In this document: one piece after another, positions 40,313 through 48,291 of the stretch | Layout of the letters: the number at the start of each line of letters is the position of its first letter | How positions within the stretch are numbered: position 1 is the first letter of the stretch | Source of the DNA: an uncultured archaeon | GTDB taxonomy: Archaea; Thermoplasmatota; Penumbrarchaeia; JASLWR01 | DNA: 64,000 bases | Assembly: GCA_964430885.1 (NCBI GenBank) | Contig: CAYSHM010000008.1 | Coordinates: 1-64,000 of the forward strand | Direction: 5' to 3' | Notes under the pieces: generated by a model | The model's input: only the letters and a program-made list of their open reading frames with translations | The model's database searches: none | What the model was told of the DNA's origin: nothing | Made by a program: the position numbers and the translations under genes

Positions 40313-40939
40313 TCACTCCCATTCTTCAAGTGCCCTTTCCAGACTCTTAAGGTTTTCCTTGCACCTTTTCAGATGATGCAGTGCCCGATTATAAAGATAT
40401 TCTAGTTGATCAGTATCCGGATAAATCCGGCCATTCTCTCCCAGGGGAACATGAAGTGTCTCACTGCTCAGCAGTTCAACTGTGATCTTTGTTATTCTGC
40501 TGCCTTCCCCGTTTAGCCTCAAGGATCTTATGGTCGAGTACTTGAATGAACTCTGCTGTCCCAGGTTCCTTAATCTGACACTGCTCTTTAGACCTGCACA
40601 TTCTATATGGAAGATGGGGGACTGTACCATGAGGTACAGATTTGATCCAGCCTTCCATTGGATAATTTCCTGCTTGAATTCTTCCAGGGTAGGTGCATTA
40701 TGCCATTTCTTCAAGACACTCGATTCCTGTTTATCACCCACGTTCTTGAATTCCAGAAGCTGGATCCGGCCAGAACAGGAACTTGTGGTCATGTATTCAT
40801 TTCGGGAATTTATGAGGTGCAGCAGAGGCTGAACCTCCGAATCCACAAGTCCCTGATCTATGAGACCTTGAAGCTCTTTGAGCCTTTTGTTCTTATTCCC
40901 TATTGGACCAGTATTTGCAGTGAGCATTGACATCCCCAT
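40313..40939 (-). CDS. taw3: tRNA wyosine-pathway methyltransferase Taw3/TYW3
   Basis: VDSEV, TTSSCSGRI, KWH, PIFHI, FKYSTI. Confidence 0.88.
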   Translation of the reverse strand: MGMSMLTANTGPIGNKNKRLKELQGLIDQGLVDSEVQPLLHLINSRNEYMTTSSCSGRIQLLEFKNVGDKQESSVLKKWHNAPTLEEFKQEIIQWKAGSNLYLMVQSPIFHIECAGLKSSVRLRNLGQQSSFKYSTIRSLRLNGEGSRITKITVELLSSETLHVPLGENGRIYPDTDQLEYLYNRALHHLKRCKENLKSLERALEEWE

Positions 40940-41059
40940 GGCTGTAAACTATTATACCTATTTATCATTATCAACTCAAATTCAGTAATAATAGGTCTAA
41001 GAAAATAAAAAGAGACTTGAAATTGAGGGATAGCTTGTTTGTAGAAAAAGTTGATAAAA

Positions 41060-41235
41060 ATAACGAGAAGGGTACCATAGTATACCACCATAGCTTACTA
41101 AGGTACCCAACTCTAGGAGGAGATACATAGAGCGTTATTGTGTATTATTCTGTTATGAATTGAGGCGGGCCCCGAAAGACCCGCCAAGCGGAGGAACAAA
41201 CCAGCAGATAAACCCCTTCCCTCTGGCTACTACTG
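41060..41235 (-). ncRNA. Putative structured RNA / long structured 3' UTR downstream of the RHH gene
   Basis: Four stems in ~170 nt, with G-U pairs favouring the minus strand. Includes GGCGGGUCU-UUCG-GGGCCCGCC (41164-41185) and GGGUACC-U-UAGUA...UACUA-U-GGUACCC (41070-41108), followed by T-tracts. Confidence 0.5.
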
Positions 41236-41258
41236 ACCTGATATGATACTTTGTTAAT

Positions 41259-41663
41259 CTAATATCTCAATTCTTCTATCTCATGCTCGAGATGTTTTAC
41301 CCTTGCCAAAGCCTTCTCGTGTTCCAATTCCTTGGCCTTAAGCATTTCATTCTCAACCCGCACCTTCTCTTCCATGTTCTCCTTGTAATCCTGGAGCAAC
41401 TTTATCACCAGGAATTCCAGGTTCAACACTTCTCCTTTCTGGATCACATTCCGCTCCAGCCATTTCAGAAGCCGTTTCGGAATTCTGAATACCTGCGTAT
41501 CTGCATTGACGGACACGGAATGTCGATGGAGCATATCTGCGACACTTTTCCGCAGAAAGTCGCTCCGGGACCTGAACTTTTTCTTGAATACTAGGGAATC
41601 GATCTCATCGATAACTTGGGGATTCTCACGGAAATTCAGAATCGACTGCTCTTCATCGATCAT
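41259..41663 (-). CDS. Tandem ribbon-helix-helix (CopG-like) regulator with C-terminal coiled coil
   Basis: ILNFRE...EIDSLV...FRSRSDFLRKSV, then a second QVFRIPKRLL...LLQDY unit. GAGGTG SD. Confidence 0.72.
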   Translation of the reverse strand: MIDEEQSILNFRENPQVIDEIDSLVFKKKFRSRSDFLRKSVADMLHRHSVSVNADTQVFRIPKRLLKWLERNVIQKGEVLNLEFLVIKLLQDYKENMEEKVRVENEMLKAKELEHEKALARVKHLEHEIEELRY

Positions 41664-41678
41664 TTGCCCTCACCTCTT

Positions 41679-42056
41679 GTAATATAATATAATATTTAAT
41701 ACTTAAAAATTACCCCACTTTTTTGTTGATTCCGCAGGAAATCCCCAAGATTTTGTATTACTTTTTTAGTAGTTATTTTCCCTCTCTCTACATAGGCATA
41801 AAACGTATTATTATATATAGTTTCCCCCCATTATTCACCCAGTAATAAATCAAAATTAAAAATATTACAAATTTTAAATAATATATTACTAAAATTTAAT
41901 TGTATTACGATTTTATTACGAAGAATAATAACATTATGCATTCTAAATAAAATAAAATTATAAGAACATATATTTGAATAATATTTAAAAAAAATAAAAT
42001 AATATTTAAAAAATTTATGATTTCGTTTATAAAAAATGTATAATTCAAAAAAGGAA
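41679..42056. promoter_or_regulatory. AT-rich intergenic region with repeated TATTAC/GTAATA hexamers
   Basis: Hexamer at 41679, 41756, 41842, 41863, 41884, 41903, 41914. Very few G/C bases over ~41845-42050. Confidence 0.5.
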
Positions 42057-43253
42057 CTATAATAAGGGTCTGCCCCTTATGAGCATTGCATCCCCAAAAG
42101 AATAGAAGCGGTACTCACTCTCTATTGCTTCACGGTAGGTTTTTAAAATCCTATCCCTTCCGCAGTAAGCGCTGATCATCATGATTAGGGTCGATCTCGG
42201 CAGGTGAAAATTGGTGAGAAAGAAATTCGAAGGAGTCTTGAATCTATAGGGTGGATAAATAAAAATCCCGGTGTTTCCGCTATAAGGTCTCAGCCGGTCA
42301 TGTTTGGAGAACAATGTTTCAAGGGTCCTCATTGTTGTGGTTCCGACAACCCATATACGATCGCCATTGTCCAGAGCCTGATTCACCAGCTTCGAACATT
42401 CTTCACTGACTGAAATGAACTCCATGTCCATCTCATGTTCGTCAACCCTTTCAGCCTTTACAGGTCTGAAGGTCCCTGTGCCGACATGGAGGGTCACCTG
42501 GGTTCTAGTGATGCCTATGTCATCGATTTTTTTCAGCAATCCTTCTGTAAAATGCAGACCTGCTGTTGGAGCAGCAATAGCACCTGGATCTCCGGCGTAG
42601 ATGGTCTGGTATCGGTCATCCCTGTCCAGCTCCTTCTTGATATAGGGAGGAGTGGGCATTACTCCTACGGCATCCAATATATTCTGAAGGGTAATTCCAT
42701 CTTCCCCTGAAAAATGAATTCCGGTCCCTACCGATATCCAATCCTCTCTTGATCGGAGCCATTCAAACAAACCATCCCCTTCAAAGAAACTGATCAAATA
42801 CAATCCTTCGTGGATTCTTTTCTCAACAAACACCGTCAGGGGAATATCATCCATGAAAAGCTTGGATGATGGTTTGATATTCTTACCCTTCAAGAATGCC
42901 TTCCATTTATTTGATTTAATTGGACGGTCTGCACATAGCATAGCCCTGCCCTCTCCGTGCAGAGAATCCATCAGTATCTCCACCCTTCCCCCGGTTACCT
43001 TTTTGGCAAACAACCGGGCCGGGATCACTTTCGTATCATTTACTATGAGTAGATCCCCAGGTTCGAAAATATCCAGTATCTGATGGAATATTCTATGAGA
43101 TACACACCCGCTCTTATTATCAAGCACTAACAACCTGGATGAATCCCTGGGCTCTATAGGCTCCTGGGCAATAAGCTCCCTCGGAAGATGATAATCATAA
43201 TTGTCAGTCCGGTTCATATCCTCGCTCAAGTTATCCTTTCCCTTATCTATCAA
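42057..43253 (-). CDS. queA: S-adenosylmethionine:tRNA ribosyltransferase-isomerase
   Basis: YDYHLPRELIAQEP, RDSSRLL, NDTKVIPARL, PPYI, YQTIYA, AAPTAGLHFT, TLHVGTGTF, VGTT, TNFHLPRSTL, YRFYSFGDAM. Likely start 43217. Confidence 0.97.
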   Translation of the reverse strand: MIDKGKDNLSEDMNRTDNYDYHLPRELIAQEPIEPRDSSRLLVLDNKSGCVSHRIFHQILDIFEPGDLLIVNDTKVIPARLFAKKVTGGRVEILMDSLHGEGRAMLCADRPIKSNKWKAFLKGKNIKPSSKLFMDDIPLTVFVEKRIHEGLYLISFFEGDGLFEWLRSREDWISVGTGIHFSGEDGITLQNILDAVGVMPTPPYIKKELDRDDRYQTIYAGDPGAIAAPTAGLHFTEGLLKKIDDIGITRTQVTLHVGTGTFRPVKAERVDEHEMDMEFISVSEECSKLVNQALDNGDRIWVVGTTTMRTLETLFSKHDRLRPYSGNTGIFIYPPYRFKTPSNFFLTNFHLPRSTLIMMISAYCGRDRILKTYREAIESEYRFYSFGDAMLIRGRPLL

Positions 43254-43290
43254 TAAAATGATTATTAGTCCAAAGAAATATACCGAAGGT

Positions 43291-44058
43291 TCAATCAGCA
43301 GTAAAATGGAAGGTCATATTGGCATTGGATGACCTAAGTTCATCCAGGGAAGGGTAACCCATGGCCCTTGCTGTCCTCTCGTCAATATTGCCCTTTTCAT
43401 CCAGCATCTTTCTCAGCATGTCCAATCTTATAATCTTCTTGGGATTGCTGCCTAACAGCTTCGATATGCCGTCAATATGCCCATCCCCGACAACAGCGAG
43501 AACATGAGGATAGAGTTTTGATAAACGCAGTATCTTTGCAGCCATATACCGGTTGCGATCATCAATCAGAGCTTTTTTGATATGAGGATAATGTTTGCCT
43601 ATCACTGAAAGATATTTTTCCGGATTATCCCTGAACTTCTGCAATTCCTTCTCTATACGCTTCTTTTTCAAAAATTGACCAGCTATAGCTCCGAAGATCA
43701 GCATGACCTTCTCCTTGAAGGAAAGCATTTCGAGGAGACCTCCGCCTTGGCGGCTGTCTGGAGAAACGGTGGGAACATCAATAAATGCCACAGGAATCCC
43801 CATATCCTTTGCCACCTCTGTTGCGGCAAGCATCTCATCACCCACCTTGCTGTCATACCTCAAGGCCACTTTCTGCTGAAAATTCGAAAGAAGCTTATAA
43901 ACCAAGGGTGTCGCCGAGCCCCGTTCCCCTGTCAATATGGCCCGGTACCTGTGTTTGTCAAGTTCGATGCCGATTACATTGGGCTGGGATATCTGTATTA
44001 CCCTTTGAAGCCCCTTTCTGATTTTTATAACATGAGCTATCCCGATCAGAGTTATCAT
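43291..44058 (-). CDS. TraB/GumN family protein
   Basis: ITLIGIAHV, GIELD, GDEM, LIDDRNRYMA, VVGDGH. Confidence 0.88.
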   Translation of the reverse strand: MITLIGIAHVIKIRKGLQRVIQISQPNVIGIELDKHRYRAILTGERGSATPLVYKLLSNFQQKVALRYDSKVGDEMLAATEVAKDMGIPVAFIDVPTVSPDSRQGGGLLEMLSFKEKVMLIFGAIAGQFLKKKRIEKELQKFRDNPEKYLSVIGKHYPHIKKALIDDRNRYMAAKILRLSKLYPHVLAVVGDGHIDGISKLLGSNPKKIIRLDMLRKMLDEKGNIDERTARAMGYPSLDELRSSNANMTFHFTAD

Positions 44059-44131
44059 TATCTACAGCTCCCAATCTCTATCTGCGGGTTGAACATCTTC
44101 AATCGGATGGATAAAATTGCTGATCCCTTCC

Positions 44132-44290
44132 TTATTCATTCTGCAGGGGCAGTATGCGGTTGAGCTCGGAATAATACCTTGTAAAGAGGTTTATGACCTC
44201 ATGAAAATTCTCTTCTGTCTTGGAGGTGTTGATTATATGGGAGGCAGTTAATACTGCTGATAGCAGTTCCAATCGTTCACATCGATCCAT
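44132..44290 (-). CDS. Small hypothetical protein (52 aa; below the ORF-track length cutoff)
   Basis: MDRCERLELLSAVLTASHIINTSKTEENFHEVINLFTRYYSELNRILPLQNE, translated by hand. GAGGT SD and an upstream TATATA. Confidence 0.6.
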   Translation of the reverse strand: MDRCERLELLSAVLTASHIINTSKTEENFHEVINLFTRYYSELNRILPLQNE

Positions 44291-44409
44291 GGTAAAACCT
44301 CGTTTTCAGTTCATAAAGGAGAACATAAGATATATATTATTTCGAAGGAAAGGTCAGGAAAGATAAATTTATTTTCCACCGGATTCTCATCTATGCAAAG
44401 TTTATTTTG

Positions 44410-45372
44410 CTAAACTGGATATTCTTCAATACTTTTTGAGTATTTTATCCGTTCCCACAGCTTGAGATGGAATCTGGAGAATAGAACGCATATGACCACA
44501 AGGGGAAATGCAGCTATTACATCAATGGCGTAATGATACCTTAAGTACATGGTGGATGTTATCAAGAGAGTTGTAATGGGAAGCATGAAGAACAGTGTTC
44601 TTCTATCCGTTCTGAACATACTGTAAGTGACAAGAATAAAAAGCCCAGAATGCATGCTTGGGAAACAATCATAGGCAGTTGACCTGACAGATTTAAAAAT
44701 ATGTTCATTGAATTTGGTCAGGGACCATCCCCCCAGTTCACTAGTGAAATCCAGGGAGTAATGATATTTTGGGCCCTCAACCGGAAATGCTATGAAGAAC
44801 ATAAGAGCAATATAATGCATAAAGATGGTGGTAAGCTCCAGTTCCCTGTAGGTTCTCTCCTTTCCCTTGATATAGACAAAGAAATATACAAAAGGTACAA
44901 ATAAATAAATAAGATAGAAAATGGACATTGTTTCAGTGAGCAGATCTGAATAGAGCGACTGCATCGTGAAGACGGGTGATCTTCCGAATATAATTTCGTC
45001 TATAAGGAGTGCTTCGCTGTCATAGATTCTGTTTGGGGTTCCGAAAAAAGAAAGATTCTGATATATTATAACAAGGGGTACGAAATGAAGGAGCGATGAG
45101 CGGAGCCTTTTCTCTCTCTTGATCAGTTCTTCCCTGCTCTTCGTCCCCGCTCGGATCTTTTTCAATAAGAGACGTGTTCTTAACTTCGGAAGGAGGAAAG
45201 CGCCCAATAGTGCCGCTGCGGGGATAAGGATATCTAAATTCCCCTGCTCCAATCTATCCAGGAAAAGCACTGCAAAAAGTATGTAAACCGGAAAGAAAAG
45301 AAGAGTGACCGTATGAACAGGCCCAATATCCAGAAGGATCCCGCCAAATCCTCGTCTATTCTCTGAGCTCAT
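44410..45372 (-). CDS. PAP2 superfamily membrane protein (AUR1/PAP2_3-like)
   Basis: FPVEGP, DCFPSMH, YLRYHYAIDV. Confidence 0.88.
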   Translation of the reverse strand: MSSENRRGFGGILLDIGPVHTVTLLFFPVYILFAVLFLDRLEQGNLDILIPAAALLGAFLLPKLRTRLLLKKIRAGTKSREELIKREKRLRSSLLHFVPLVIIYQNLSFFGTPNRIYDSEALLIDEIIFGRSPVFTMQSLYSDLLTETMSIFYLIYLFVPFVYFFVYIKGKERTYRELELTTIFMHYIALMFFIAFPVEGPKYHYSLDFTSELGGWSLTKFNEHIFKSVRSTAYDCFPSMHSGLFILVTYSMFRTDRRTLFFMLPITTLLITSTMYLRYHYAIDVIAAFPLVVICVLFSRFHLKLWERIKYSKSIEEYPV

Positions 45373-45515
45373 AGTAATTGTTTAAATATATCTATTCATT
45401 ATTAAGGTTTTCCAAGGGTCAGGCTTTTTATAAAATCAAGTTATAGTGAAAAGTTACTGTTATGATCCCCTTACCGAAGTAGGGATTTGGTCAGCACAGC
45501 AAAGAAAAGGGTGAA

Positions 45516-46595
45516 ATGATGTCCATAGTTTCCATTCCCGATGATGAATCCATAAGAAGGTATCTGCAGAAAAGATACGGGAAGGTATCAGATATAAAAT
45601 GCATAAGATTGGGCGCGGGTGTCCACGGTGAAGGCTACCGGGTATCCTTTAGAAGCAATGCTTTTAAGGGAGAAATGAACCTGGTTCTGAAAACCCTTTC
45701 ACCGCAGAACTTCGGACATGATTACATGGCTGATCGGGCCTCGGTCAATCTGCTTGCAAAGGACAGCTATTCCAAGCTTCCCGGACACGTCCGCTGTGTG
45801 GATGTCATGGCATACAATGAGAAAGACCTCTATTCGGTAAAAGGCTCAAAGGAGTTCTATGTTCTGATGCAGGAAGCAAAGGGGCATGAATATTTCGGGG
45901 ACCTGAAGGATATACTTTCAAGGGGTGATCTGAACGAGCGGGATATCAAGAGGGCAAAGGCTCTAGCGGATTACCTCATCAATATACATTCTACGAAATA
46001 CAAAGGCGATAATGCCAAATCCCTCTACAGGCGGAAGATACGTGATACCGTGGGTCACGGCGAGTGCCTAATGGGAGTACTGGACACCTACGAGGATTGG
46101 CCTTTTATAAAGCGTAAAGATATGGTTGAAATAGTCTCAAAGAGCATCAGCCATTGGGACCGTTTGAAGGACAATATGGACCGACTATGTCAGGTGCACG
46201 GTGATTTCCACCCTGGTAATATCTGGTTTGATGAGGATGACAATATAGTACTATTGGACCGGTCAAGGGGTATATGGGGAGAACCGGCTGATGATCTTTT
46301 CTGTCTGCTTGTCAACTATCTTTTCTATTCAATTCTTCATACCGGTGATTTCAGCGGTCCTTTCAGAGAGCTCTTTGAATTGGTGCACAGCAGATATATC
46401 GGTATGACATGGGATAATAATATCAATCTTGCCGGACCGCTCTTTCTTGCATTCCGGATACCTGTACTTACAAACCCACATTTCTACCCTCATGTGGATG
46501 ATACAACCAGAACCAAACTGATCGGATTTGCCAAAAATGTACTGGATGATCAGGAATTCAGTATTGACAGAATACGGGATTATTTGAAGTTATGA
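45516..46595 (+). CDS. Aminoglycoside phosphotransferase-like (APH/kinase fold) protein
   Basis: LGAGVHG, VLK, VHGDFHPGNI, LLDRSRG, GEPADD. Confidence 0.85.
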   Translation: MMSIVSIPDDESIRRYLQKRYGKVSDIKCIRLGAGVHGEGYRVSFRSNAFKGEMNLVLKTLSPQNFGHDYMADRASVNLLAKDSYSKLPGHVRCVDVMAYNEKDLYSVKGSKEFYVLMQEAKGHEYFGDLKDILSRGDLNERDIKRAKALADYLINIHSTKYKGDNAKSLYRRKIRDTVGHGECLMGVLDTYEDWPFIKRKDMVEIVSKSISHWDRLKDNMDRLCQVHGDFHPGNIWFDEDDNIVLLDRSRGIWGEPADDLFCLLVNYLFYSILHTGDFSGPFRELFELVHSRYIGMTWDNNINLAGPLFLAFRIPVLTNPHFYPHVDDTTRTKLIGFAKNVLDDQEFSIDRIRDYLKL

Positions 46596-46700
46596 CGAAG
46601 GATTTTTTTTATGGATAAATAAATAATAATAGAACCCCTCATATGCCTGTTTTAAGATAGAAAACTTGAAGGAGCTATTGACTAGATTACTTTCACAGGG

Positions 46701-47690
46701 ATGATGAATATGGCATCAATATTGCAGATATGGACCGAGAAATACCGTCCGCAGAAGATAGATGACATCGTCGGACAGGATCCCATCAAGGAACGTCTGA
46801 AAGCCTATGTGAGGGAGAAGAACATTCCCAACCTGCTCTTCGCAGGTCCCGCAGGAACGGGTAAAACCACTGTGGCATTGGCCCTGGCAAAGGAGTTGGC
46901 TCCAGACAATTGGAAACAGAATTTCCTTGAACTCAACGCATCGGACGAGAGAGGCATCTCCATTGTAAGGGAAAAAATAAAGGATTTTGCTAAAACATCC
47001 ACCTTCGGGGATTCTCTGAGCTTCAAGATGATATTTCTTGACGAATCCGATGCACTTACCGGGCCCGCCCAGCATGCCCTTAGAAGGACCATGGAAAGAT
47101 ATACCGGGGGCTGCAGGTTCATACTCAGCTGCAACTATTCTTCAAAGATAATTGATCCCATTCAATCCAGGTGCGCTCTTTTCAGATTCCCAAAGATACA
47201 CCGGGAGGACATCAAGGACCATCTCTTCAATATTGCAAAAATGGAGAACCTGGAGATAGAGGAGGACGGATTTGACGTACTTCTTGAATACGCCAATGGC
47301 GACATGAGGAAAGGTATTACAATGCTCCAGGCTGTGGCATCCTCCGAGGGGAGGATCGATTCCAACGGTATCTACAAGGTATTCAGTATTGTGAATCCCG
47401 GGACCATCAAGAAGATACTGGAAACTGCCATCGAAGGTAATTTCAACGCCGCCAGGACAGAATTGAGGGATCTCATCATCAAGAACGGACTTGCGGGATC
47501 TGACATAATAAAGGATATTCACAAGGAGATATTCAATCTGAACATTCCTGATCGTTCCAAAATGGTCCTGGTGGACAAACTGGCGGAATTCGAATTCAGA
47601 ATGGTGGAAGGATCAAATGAGATGATCCAGCTTGAGGCACTTATCGCAAATATAGCCCTGAATGTCAAGATTGGGAACAAGGATCGTTGA
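46701..47690 (+). CDS. rfcS: Replication factor C small subunit
   Basis: WTEKYRP, GPAGTGKT, ELNASDERG, LDESD, CNYSSKIIDPIQSRC, GDMR. No intein. Confidence 0.97.
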   Translation: MMNMASILQIWTEKYRPQKIDDIVGQDPIKERLKAYVREKNIPNLLFAGPAGTGKTTVALALAKELAPDNWKQNFLELNASDERGISIVREKIKDFAKTSTFGDSLSFKMIFLDESDALTGPAQHALRRTMERYTGGCRFILSCNYSSKIIDPIQSRCALFRFPKIHREDIKDHLFNIAKMENLEIEEDGFDVLLEYANGDMRKGITMLQAVASSEGRIDSNGIYKVFSIVNPGTIKKILETAIEGNFNAARTELRDLIIKNGLAGSDIIKDIHKEIFNLNIPDRSKMVLVDKLAEFEFRMVEGSNEMIQLEALIANIALNVKIGNKDR

Positions 47691-47809
47691 TATGAGGAGC
47701 TTAACCGAATATATTTTATTTCAAAATAAGGAATATTTAGTATGTTGGCGAGGCGTAGAGGTGATAATAAACACTTCAAAATTTAAATAATATTACTACA
47801 ATCTGTGCT

Positions 47810-48217
47810 GTGATTTTCATGCGTAAGACGACATTGATAAAATGTAATAATTGTAACAAGACAATTGATTCTCTTGGCAAGAACAAGGTAAGCTGCCGTT
47901 ACTGCGGTAAGGTTACCGCAATCGACACCGACGATTCGGATTCGGATGTCATGAGGAGAGCCCAGATATTCAATCTTGATGATATCATAAAGAAAGAATC
48001 CTTCATGAGGAACATGGCCCTAGGTGAATCAGTACTTACACTGGCTGTGGGATTGTTCCTCCTGCTGTTCGTGACTACAAACATTGCCATCATGGTTTTT
48101 GTTTTTGTTGCCTTTGCAGCATGTGTCACTTTTGCACTTATGAAGCATACTAAACTGGAGAAGACCAAAGGAATGAAGAGCGATCTTGATGGTGGGAAAT
48201 TGCTCTCTGAATATTGA
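47810..48217 (+). CDS. Zinc-ribbon membrane protein
   Basis: CNNC...CRYC followed by two TM helices. Confidence 0.7.
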   Translation: MIFMRKTTLIKCNNCNKTIDSLGKNKVSCRYCGKVTAIDTDDSDSDVMRRAQIFNLDDIIKKESFMRNMALGESVLTLAVGLFLLLFVTTNIAIMVFVFVAFAACVTFALMKHTKLEKTKGMKSDLDGGKLLSEY

Positions 48218-48291
48218 ATTGATCTTTTCACGGCCCCTAGGGCTTCCTATGGATCTAGAACAAACTACATTTATGGTATACAGGTGGTATA

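Noticed and set aside
41160-41240. Resemblance of TTCCTCCGCTTGGCG to the HDV ribozyme L3/P3 region, and GAAA/CTGA hammerhead-like words
   Set aside because: I could not build the nested double pseudoknot or a correctly ordered hammerhead core. Kept only as a generic structured RNA.
41712-41746. ORB-like TTCCGCAGGAAAT near a G-string and an AT-rich tract (possible replication origin)
   Set aside because: Single imperfect copy with no adjacent cdc6/orc1. The same 12-mer occurs inside the nitroreductase CDS (~27650).
44056-44138. In-frame TAG two codons upstream of the TraB-family ATG, preceded by a 25-codon open frame (possible pyrrolysine read-through)
   Set aside because: The TraB domain starts normally at MITLIG with a GGGAG SD-like sequence upstream. 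No pyl genes are in the window, and the upstream peptide resembles nothing I recognise.
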